This document shows, piece after piece, positions 41,404 through 48,474 of a stretch of DNA of 64,000 bases. The notes below the pieces were generated by a model. That model was not told where the DNA came from. It was given only the letters and a program-made list of their open reading frames with translations, and searched no databases. Made by a program: the position numbers and the translations under genes. How positions within the stretch are numbered: position 1 is the stretch's first letter; each line of letters opens with the position of its first letter. The DNA is from Bacillota bacterium (GTDB lineage: Bacteria; Bacillota_I; Bacilli_A; ML615J-28; CAG-698): NCBI GenBank assembly GCA_016280895.1, contig JAEEHM010000036.1, forward strand, positions 1,367 to 65,366, given 5' to 3'.

Positions 41404-42690
41404 ATTTATGGTTTTATGTATATACATACAGATAATCTGCCATATTTATGCTATTTCTGGTCTTATTTTAGATGTAATTCCATATTTACTCCTTTCTTTA
41501 AATAAATATATACATAAATATTTATATATTTACTCGTTATTATCATAATATCGGCTAAAATTGTGTATGGTTTTATGTATTTATGTATAAAATCTGGCTT
41601 ATTGGGGTTTAAATATAAACTAAATTAAGTTGAATCTTCTATTACTGCCTGTTTTATTGTCTGTTAGTGCTAATTTAATTACAAAAATTGTATGGTTTTA
41701 TGTATTTATGTATGAGTTATAGCCAATAAAATGACCATATTTGCATCAATTTAACAGAAAACCACATATAAATATCTACATAAATACGTATTTATGCATA
41801 TATTTACAATTAAAGCAGCAAAAACGCGTATGGTTTTATGTATTTATGTATAAATTATGCTCAATTTATGCCATTTTACAGTATGAACCCGATATTTTAG
41901 CTAGAATTATTTACTAATCATGATCTATAAATAGTAAAATCAGTTATTTACAAGCCAGTACAAGGGAAATTTAGGGCTAATTTAGGCTATTTTTCTGTTA
42001 TAAAGCAGCCGAAAAGGGCAAAAACACCACAAAAATCATAAATATTGCTATACATATTTATGTATTTATGTATCTATTTAAATATTTTTATATTTATTTA
42101 CTTATTTCCTTCTTGATTTAATGAAAAATATAGTTTATAATATATATTGTAAATGTTAAGAATCAGATTGTTGAAACGATCAACATTGAAAGATTTATAC
42201 ATATTTACATAAATACATAATATTTTAAATACATTTTTACATATTTATGTATAAGCATAATTACATTTATATGTATTTATGTATAAAAATAATTGTTTTA
42301 AGCTTTTCATCTGCTTTTAAAGGTCTTAAAACCGGTCAAATTGGCCCAAAAATGGCCAAAAATTATTTCGCTTATAATCATTTTGAAAGTCCGGGACAAT
42401 TTAGTTTACCTTAAAAGGCCAAAAAACGATTCTAGGGCAAAATTTAGTCAGTTTTCGAGGTTTTAATTTTAACTGATTTTTGTAATTGCATTAAAATATC
42501 GGCCGATTACAGAAAAAATGACCTTTTAAAAGATCAAAACCAAGAAAAAGTAGATTGAATTTGTGGTCAAATTTTCTAAAATCATGGTAAAAATGTGTCA
42601 TTTGTATGTATTTATGTATAGTTGTATTTATTCTTTTATGTATGTATTTAAAGATTTATTTATGTTTGTATGTATATACATAAATATGTA
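41404..42690. repeat. Dispersed array of TATGTAT / 8-bp-periodic repeats (candidate centromere/operator field)
   Basis: GTATGGTTTTATGTATTTATGTAT occurs identically at 41565-41588, 41690-41713 and 41828-41851. Related copies lie at 41407-41428, 42055-42073, 42238-42253, 42266-42285, 42603-42620, 42635-42650 and 42655-42690. Inverted copies lie at 41511-41520, 41777-41798 (palindrome TACATAAATAC/GTATTTATGCA) and 42196-42219. Confidence 0.85.
42113..42141 (+). promoter_or_regulatory. Consensus-like sigma-A promoter inside the repeat field
   Basis: TTGATT, 17 nt, TATAAT on the plus strand, pointing toward the RHH/ParA-like genes about 570 nt downstream. No convincing ORF follows it directly. Confidence 0.45.
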
Positions 42691-42712
42691 AACAATCTAG
42701 TAAGGAGGAATT

Positions 42713-43003
42713 ATGAATACACCATTTAAAAAGAGAACAGATCCATTTAAAAACGATACTGTAGCTGCTAAGGAAACAGAAGTTATAGTTGAAGAACCTG
42801 TAAAGGAAGTTAAAGTCGTAGAAACACCTAAACCAAAGGCAAAAGTTGTTGAAGTTAGTGATGAAAGTAGAGAAAAATACACTGCTACTATGGACAAAGC
42901 ATTACGTAAACGTATTAAATTAGCTGCAATTGAGGCTGGAGTGCAAGTTTCTACGTACATTGAGATGGCTTGTCTAGAAAAATTGAGTAGAGAAGGTAGA
43001 TAA
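42713..43003 (+). CDS. Ribbon-helix-helix (ParG/omega/CopG-like) small DNA-binding protein
   Basis: 96 aa. Disordered Lys/Glu/Val-rich N-terminus, then a beta-alpha-alpha pattern KYTATMDKALRKRIKLAAIEAGVQVSTYIEMACLEKL. Strong SD TAAGGAGG. Its stop lies 2 nt before the ParA-like ATG. Confidence 0.6.
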   Translation: MNTPFKKRTDPFKNDTVAAKETEVIVEEPVKEVKVVETPKPKAKVVEVSDESREKYTATMDKALRKRIKLAAIEAGVQVSTYIEMACLEKLSREGR

Positions 43004-43005
43004 AA

Positions 43006-43788
43006 ATGTCAACAATTTCAGTATTTTGTAAGAAAGGTGGCGTAGGAAAGACTACTTTCATTGGTTATTTAGGACATTATTATGCTAAACAAGGCAAAAA
43101 GGTCTTAATTATAAGTGCGGATGACCAAAATAGTATCTTTAAAATCTTTGGTGAAGACGATAAAATCTTCGAAAGCGACGATAATTACTTAGAATTCTAT
43201 ATTGCAGGCCGTGCAGAGCTTGGAGATTTGCTGATTCCTGTTCGTGAGAACCTTTATTTGATAAAAACATTGAATACAGACAAGTTATCAATGAAATTAA
43301 CTTATGAAAGAGCTCAAGAAAAGGTAATTAAGAGCATGTTTAAAGAATATGCAACATTCTTTGACTATATTTTAGTGGATTTTCCACCTTCAAGTAGCCG
43401 TTTAACTGAAATATTACTAGAAATAAGTGATCATGTTTGTATTGTAGTAGGCCTAGATACCCTAGGATTAGGTGGTTTTTGGAACACAATTCAATATTTT
43501 ATTGATAATGAGTTGGATTTAGAGTCAATTAAGTACATAATTCCTAATGGATATAGTAAAAATAGACGTGCTCCTAAGGTTTCTTTAGAGAAATTACAGG
43601 AACAAGTACAAGAATTTACTCCTCATGCAAAGCTTTTGAACCCAATTGCGGATAGAAGTATCGTTAAAAACCTTCAAGCTGAAGGAATTAGTGCTTTTGA
43701 TGAGGTTGAACTTCCTCCATATGACCGTGGACTTAAGGAACAACTAGAAAAAGACTTAAAAGCTTTGTTTGATGAATTAGAATTTTAA
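43006..43788 (+). CDS. ParA/MinD-superfamily ATPase, small type (no N-terminal HTH)
   Basis: ISVFCKKGGVGKTTF deviant Walker A, LIISADDQNS, and ILVDFPPS Walker B-like. 260 aa. Confidence 0.85.
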   Translation: MSTISVFCKKGGVGKTTFIGYLGHYYAKQGKKVLIISADDQNSIFKIFGEDDKIFESDDNYLEFYIAGRAELGDLLIPVRENLYLIKTLNTDKLSMKLTYERAQEKVIKSMFKEYATFFDYILVDFPPSSSRLTEILLEISDHVCIVVGLDTLGLGGFWNTIQYFIDNELDLESIKYIIPNGYSKNRRAPKVSLEKLQEQVQEFTPHAKLLNPIADRSIVKNLQAEGISAFDEVELPPYDRGLKEQLEKDLKALFDELEF

Positions 43789-43793
43789 TATAA

Positions 43794-43827
43794 AAAGAAA
43801 AAAGAACCATTGATTTGGTTCTTTTTC
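43794..43827. terminator. Bidirectional intrinsic terminator between the ParA-like gene and dnaN
   Basis: AGAACCA-ttgatt-TGGTTCT hairpin flanked by an A-run and a T-run. Confidence 0.7.
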
Positions 43828-43830
43828 TTA

Positions 43831-43850
43831 TTTATTTATGTATTTATGTA
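43831..43850. repeat. Extra copy of the TTATGTATTTATGTA repeat downstream of the ParA-like gene
   Basis: TTTATTTATGTATTTATGTA lies between the terminator and the dnaN stop, so the repeats bracket the gene pair. Confidence 0.7.
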
Positions 43851-43854
43851 AATA

Positions 43855-44976
43855 TTAGATTCTAACAGGCATATTTAATTGCATGTGATTTACATCATAA
43901 TCACTATTTATGATAAATGGTTTTACTTCACCGGTAAAATGAATAGTGATTTCATTTGAATCAAAGGCTTTTAATGCATCTAAGAAGTTCTTAGCACTAA
44001 ATGCAGTTTCAAAATTTAAGTATTTAGAGCAGCTAATTGGTTTAACCTTTTCTAAAGATCCACCAATTTCACTTGCTGAAGATGATATTAAGATCTCATT
44101 TTGTTCATTTATAGTAAATTTAATTACATTTGCTAAATCATTTGCTACAAAAAGTGATGCTCTATCGATCGCATTTATTAATTCTTGCTTGTTAAATTTG
44201 ATATCTGTAATAAATTCAGTAGGAATTAGACTCTTTGTATTAGGGAAATTGCCTTCAATTAGTCTAGTTTGGAATAAAATATTCTTATATTTGAACAAAG
44301 CTCTAGTTTGAGTGAAGTGAATTTGAACAATTTCTTGTACTTCTTCTACTATCTTATTCAATTCATCTAGAGATTTAGATGGGATGATTGCTTTTATTTG
44401 GGCATTCATGCCTTCAATCTTCATATATTTCTTAGCTAATCTAAAGCTATCTGTCGCAATTGCTTCTAATTTATCGCCATTTACAGTGAAGCTTACACCA
44501 GTTAAAACCATTTTAGCTTCTGATGGAGAAGTTGCAAAAGCAGTTTTCTTGATAATTTGTTTTAAATTGATACCATCTAAGTAAATAAAGTTTTGACTAT
44601 CATCGAATGCGATGTATGGAAAGATTGATTTATCATGTAGATTTAGAGTAAATGTAGATTGATCAGCTAATATTTTTACAGAATTCTTTTCAAATGTTTG
44701 AATAAGAAGAGAATCACAATCACATTTTCTTACAATATCACAAAAATATTTACCTGGTAATACAACTACACCTGTTTCTTTTATTGACAAATCATCGCTT
44801 GCTTCTATCTTTGTTTGGATAGAAATATCAGAATTTGATGCTGTTAGAGTTAAAAAGTTATTTTTAACATCTAATTTCATACCAGTAAGAATTGGCATTT
44901 GTGGTTTATTAGATAATGCCCTGCTGACATTATTCAAATTGTTTAACAACAACTCTCGTTTTATTTGGATTTTCAT
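43855..44976 (-). CDS. dnaN: DNA polymerase III beta sliding clamp
   Basis: 373 aa. N-terminus MKIQIKRELLLNNLNNVSRAL...PIL.G. Three-domain length. Immediately downstream of dnaA. Confidence 0.95.
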   Translation of the reverse strand: MKIQIKRELLLNNLNNVSRALSNKPQMPILTGMKLDVKNNFLTLTASNSDISIQTKIEASDDLSIKETGVVVLPGKYFCDIVRKCDCDSLLIQTFEKNSVKILADQSTFTLNLHDKSIFPYIAFDDSQNFIYLDGINLKQIIKKTAFATSPSEAKMVLTGVSFTVNGDKLEAIATDSFRLAKKYMKIEGMNAQIKAIIPSKSLDELNKIVEEVQEIVQIHFTQTRALFKYKNILFQTRLIEGNFPNTKSLIPTEFITDIKFNKQELINAIDRASLFVANDLANVIKFTINEQNEILISSSASEIGGSLEKVKPISCSKYLNFETAFSAKNFLDALKAFDSNEITIHFTGEVKPFIINSDYDVNHMQLNMPVRI

Positions 44977-45035
44977 TTTATTTCTCCTTTGAATTTATTT
45001 ATTTTAAATTATTTTTATTATTAAGAATGTTAATA

Positions 45036-45044
45036 TGTGGAAAA
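45036..45044. promoter_or_regulatory. DnaA box (1 mismatch) in the dnaA-dnaN spacer
   Basis: TGTGGAAAA, the complement of TTTTCCACA, compared with consensus TTATCCACA. Confidence 0.5.
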
Positions 45045-45046
45045 GT

Positions 45047-46435
45047 CTATTTTAACAGCTTTTCTTTGATATATTGGATATCGTTTTTAGTGTTATTATT
45101 CTCATTCAACATATCTTTTATGCGTTCATAGCCGTAATTTACAGTTGTATGATCTTTTCCACCAAAGATTTCACCAATTTTTACTAGTTGTAATTTAAAT
45201 TCTGTTCTTAAAATGTAGAAGCAAATGTTTCTTGCATACACAATATTTGGTTTTCGACTTGCAGAAAGTAAATCAGTCTTACTAATTTGGAAATATGATG
45301 ACACTACATCTTTTAATTTCTCTACTGCTTGATCATCTTTATTTTCACTGTTTTTATTCTTTGGCATAATACCATCTAGAGTATAATACACGTTTTCAAC
45401 AGTGAATGGAAGATTCATTGATACACAATATGTGATAAATCTTCTAAGAGCGCCTTCTAATTCTCTTATATTGTTAGTGAAATTGTCTGCAATTACTTCT
45501 AAGCAGTCATCACTTACATCACTTACATTAGAAATCATGAATTCTAGCTTACGTCTTAAGATATTAACACGTAAATCTTTATCAGGAGATTGAATATCTA
45601 CAACAATTCCCCAGCTGAAACGTGATACTAATCTATTCATTAGTTTTAATTCACCTACTGGACGGTCACTTGTAATAACAATTTGTTTGTTATTTTCGTG
45701 TAAATATTCAAATACCTTAAAGAATTCTTCTTGAGTTCCAGGCTTATTAACTAAGAATTGAATATCATCGACAAGTAATACATCAGCTTGACGATATTTA
45801 TTATAGAAAAATTCAATATTCTTTGTATCTTTCTTTGTGTATACAAAATAATCTTCAGTAAATTGTTGGGCAGTTGTATAAATTACATTTGCATTGATGT
45901 TTCTATCTAAGATATAGTGGCCAATTGCCATCATTAGGTGAGTTTTACCCAAACCAACATCACCAAATATATACAAAGGATTTAAAACTGCATAAGGAGA
46001 TTCAGCAATTTTCATTGCTGTCACAAAAGCAAACCTATTTGATTCACCAACAACGAAATTATCAAAAGTGAATTCAGCTCTTAGTTTTCTTGAACTTCTT
46101 TCAAAGTTCATAGCATCTACTTGTGCTAATTTTTCTGTTGCTTTGTTTTCTTTTTCAGCATCTTCTTTTGTGATAAACTTAAATCCTGTCTTTGTTTGTA
46201 ATAAATCAGTTAAAATTTCGTTCATTCTTCTTGAATTAAACTTTTCAATCAAGAGTTTTGTTAGAGGATCTTTCACAATTACGTAAATATAATTGTTTTC
46301 GAACTTTAATACTTCGCGAGATTCACCAAATCTTTCTTCGAAGTTATCTAAATTCTCTGTTGGAGTTTCTTTTTTTAATTGATCTAAAACTTGTTCTAGA
46401 TATTTCTTAGCTTCTAAATTAGTCATAATATCCAC
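45047..46435 (-). CDS. dnaA: Chromosomal replication initiator DnaA
   Basis: FDNFVVGESNRFA, GDVGLGKTHL, LLVDDIQF and the C-terminal DNA-binding helix (DHTTV.YGYERI). A GTG start at 46435 lies 8 nt after AAAGGA. Confidence 0.97.
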   Translation of the reverse strand: MDIMTNLEAKKYLEQVLDQLKKETPTENLDNFEERFGESREVLKFENNYIYVIVKDPLTKLLIEKFNSRRMNEILTDLLQTKTGFKFITKEDAEKENKATEKLAQVDAMNFERSSRKLRAEFTFDNFVVGESNRFAFVTAMKIAESPYAVLNPLYIFGDVGLGKTHLMMAIGHYILDRNINANVIYTTAQQFTEDYFVYTKKDTKNIEFFYNKYRQADVLLVDDIQFLVNKPGTQEEFFKVFEYLHENNKQIVITSDRPVGELKLMNRLVSRFSWGIVVDIQSPDKDLRVNILRRKLEFMISNVSDVSDDCLEVIADNFTNNIRELEGALRRFITYCVSMNLPFTVENVYYTLDGIMPKNKNSENKDDQAVEKLKDVVSSYFQISKTDLLSASRKPNIVYARNICFYILRTEFKLQLVKIGEIFGGKDHTTVNYGYERIKDMLNENNNTKNDIQYIKEKLLK

Positions 46436-46673
46436 GCGAAGAGTCCTTTCTAATTTATCATATCACAAAATAGCAAAAAAATAAAGTGCTAATTTTTAAA
46501 TAATATATTTTTTGATTTTTCCACTTTTCCCCAGAGGATAAATTTTTAATAAGTTTGTGGATAAGTCTAAATTATATCGATACATATAATATAAGAAAAA
46601 GAAACAAAACTAAAAATAACTTGATTATATTTCGCATTTGTAGTAAAATACTATTACGTATGGAGATTATTAT
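46436..46673. promoter_or_regulatory. Candidate oriC core (DnaA boxes plus AT-rich stretch) at the strand-switch point
   Basis: A perfect DnaA box TGTGGATAA lies at 46556-46564. Weaker boxes TTTTCCACT (46517-46525) and GAGGATAA (46534-46541) are present. An AT-rich run spans 46474-46516. Gene orientation flips here. Confidence 0.55.
46457..46467 (-). promoter_or_regulatory. Extended -10 promoter of dnaA
   Basis: Minus strand TGTGATATGAT. Confidence 0.5.
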
Positions 46674-47840
46674 ATGAAAGAATCATGGTTTTCAAAATTA
46701 AATAATAGATTAGGGAAGTTATCACAAACTGCTTTAATATTAATACTTGTTATTTATTCATGTGTACTTGGTGGTATATATGCTCTTGTTACACTAACTA
46801 GATCATATCTTGTAGTACCAAATTATGAGCATGTATATTGGGATGAGGAAGTTAATCCACAAATTACTATTATTGGACGTCGTACTTTCGATTCGGATAA
46901 CAAGATGACTTTAAAATATAGTGTAAATGTAAGTGTTTATGGTCGTATTAGTCCTGCTTCTACAACAGATCCTGGATATGCACTAACAGATTTTAAGATG
47001 AGCGCTGCAACTGTTACATCTACTACATCTAAAAATCCAGCTAATATGTATTATTTTACTGAGTATAAGACTTATACAACTCCTACTACTCACTATTTCA
47101 CCTTAGATAATTCATCTGTAGATCAACATCCATATGAGTTATACACAATGATTCAACATAAAAAAGGCGGAAAAACAAAAATTTCCACTTATAAAGAAGA
47201 TGTCTTTTTATATCCTGATAGCAATGATATAACTAAGATTGATGATTATTTTAGTGCTCCAACTTCTGCTGATGCTACATCTAGAAATATTAAAAAAGGC
47301 GATGAACAAATCGCAAACATTCAATTTATTGCATCTAACCAAAGCGAATATTATTCTGGTGGTGTAAAAATTATCATGGATAAGCTTGGTGCTACATATA
47401 AACATCATATCGATATGCAATCTTGGATATTAACTAGTGATGGAAAATATTTGCCATTTGTGGGAGTATATAGTTATTCTCAACAAAAGACTAATTATAG
47501 TCAATCTGGTATTTCTATTTATAAACAACTTAATCCACAATATATAGTTGCTAAATTGAGATATTATTTCAGTGAAACAGAGTATCAAGATTATTATTTC
47601 AAACAAGCATTTGATAAATTACCTACTTCTTTCCAATCTAGCCCAAATGCAGCAGATGAAATTGAAGATAATAAAACAATCAATAAAGGACTTGTTATTG
47701 GTATATCAATTGGTGCAGCTGTATTAGTATGTGCAATTATTCTTCCATTGACAGTTGTATATATTAATAAGAAAAAGAAAAATAAGGAAACAAATTCTCT
47801 TCCTGAAAACGAGACTTCAGATAGTCCAAATCAGGAATAA
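46674..47840 (+). CDS. Hypothetical bitopic surface protein (N- and C-terminal TM anchors)
   Basis: 388-aa ORF. A TTGATT-17-TAAAAT promoter lies at 46621-46649. A hydrophobic helix sits near each end, with a Thr/Ser/Tyr-rich middle. No recognised motif. Confidence 0.55.
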   Translation: MKESWFSKLNNRLGKLSQTALILILVIYSCVLGGIYALVTLTRSYLVVPNYEHVYWDEEVNPQITIIGRRTFDSDNKMTLKYSVNVSVYGRISPASTTDPGYALTDFKMSAATVTSTTSKNPANMYYFTEYKTYTTPTTHYFTLDNSSVDQHPYELYTMIQHKKGGKTKISTYKEDVFLYPDSNDITKIDDYFSAPTSADATSRNIKKGDEQIANIQFIASNQSEYYSGGVKIIMDKLGATYKHHIDMQSWILTSDGKYLPFVGVYSYSQQKTNYSQSGISIYKQLNPQYIVAKLRYYFSETEYQDYYFKQAFDKLPTSFQSSPNAADEIEDNKTINKGLVIGISIGAAVLVCAIILPLTVVYINKKKKNKETNSLPENETSDSPNQE

Positions 47841-47850
47841 TAAAAAATAC

Positions 47851-47879
47851 TTGACTTATAAAACAAAATAAGATATAAT
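47851..47879 (+). promoter_or_regulatory. Consensus sigma-A promoter of rpmH
   Basis: TTGACT, 17 nt, TATAAT. Confidence 0.7.
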
Positions 47880-47910
47880 AATTAAGCAAGTTTAGTATAG
47901 GAGGTATTCT

Positions 47911-48054
47911 ATGAAGGGATGTTACAGAACATATCAACCTACAAAGTTGAAAAGAAGTAAAGTACATGGATTCCGTGCTCGTATGTCTACAGTAGGCGGT
48001 AGAGCAGTAATCGCAAGAAGACGCGCTAAAGGAAGAAAGAAATTAACTGCATAA
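47911..48054 (+). CDS. rpmH: 50S ribosomal protein L34
   Basis: Not in the ORF track because it is only 47 aa. [47 protein letters not shown], with an AGGAGG SD. Confidence 0.95.
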   Translation: MKGCYRTYQPTKLKRSKVHGFRARMSTVGGRAVIARRRAKGRKKLTA

Positions 48055-48069
48055 TATATAAGAAACTCG

Positions 48070-48107
48070 GACTACTAGAAAAAACATATATGCTAGTAGT
48101 CTTTTTT
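48070..48107 (+). terminator. Intrinsic terminator between rpmH and rnpA
   Basis: GACTACTAG, a 14-nt loop, CTAGTAGTC, then TTTTTT. Confidence 0.6.
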
Positions 48108-48136
48108 CTTGAATTATTATAGGGGGATTCGTTTTT

Positions 48137-48466
48137 ATGAACAAAAAATATATCTTAAAAGCAAATCATGAAATCGAAGCGCTATTAGCAAAAAAGCATA
48201 GTGTTGGTTCTAAATACTATGTATTGTATTTTGAGCGTACTGATGAAGTTAAAATAGCTGTGTCTGTTTCTAAAAAATTAGGTAATGCAGTTGTTAGAAA
48301 TTATCAGAAGCGTGTGACAAAAGAAATATTGAGAGAATTTTTAGAAGATTATCAAGGATATAGTTTTCTTCTTGTTTGTAAAATCGCAAGTGTTGATCTG
48401 GATTTTGAAAGCAAAAAGACACAAATACAATATGTCCTTAATAAAATGAAAGACTTTAAAGCATAG
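48137..48466 (+). CDS. rnpA: Ribonuclease P protein component
   Basis: 109 aa, basic. Carries the AVVRNYQKR (RNR-like) motif. Sits in the conserved rpmH-rnpA-yidC order. Confidence 0.9.
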   Translation: MNKKYILKANHEIEALLAKKHSVGSKYYVLYFERTDEVKIAVSVSKKLGNAVVRNYQKRVTKEILREFLEDYQGYSFLLVCKIASVDLDFESKKTQIQYVLNKMKDFKA

Positions 48467-48474
48467 GAGAAAGA

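Noticed and set aside
41404-42690. Possible CRISPR array, suggested by the repeated 24-mers
   Set aside because: Repeat spacing is irregular (about 100-220 bp rather than about 30-40 bp). Copies occur in both orientations and are degenerate. The repeats are pure AT-rich direct 8-mers without CRISPR-like dyad ends. No cas genes are in the window.
41234-42712. A second DnaA-box cluster (the missing half of a bipartite oriC)
   Set aside because: I found no TTATCCACA-type site within one mismatch here. The best are TGTGGTCAA near 42562 and AAAACCACA near 41759, with 2-3 mismatches. The dominant repeat TTATGTAT lacks the CCACA core. An origin-related role is kept only as a hypothesis under the findings.
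42697-42960. 87-aa minus-strand ORF antisense to the RHH gene
   Set aside because: Low-complexity Ser/Thr/Leu translation with no SD. It fully overlaps a plus-strand gene that has a strong SD and is translationally coupled to the ParA-like gene.
42713-43850. Calling the ParA/RHH block a mobile element, integrated plasmid or prophage remnant
   Set aside because: No integrase, transposase, relaxase or Rep gene was seen. No terminal inverted or direct repeats of att type were seen, apart from the internal TATGTAT boxes. Foreign origin remains possible but is unsupported.
47764-47967. 67-aa minus-strand ORF spanning the rpmH promoter and start
   Set aside because: It overlaps the consensus promoter, SD and 5' end of rpmH and has no SD of its own.
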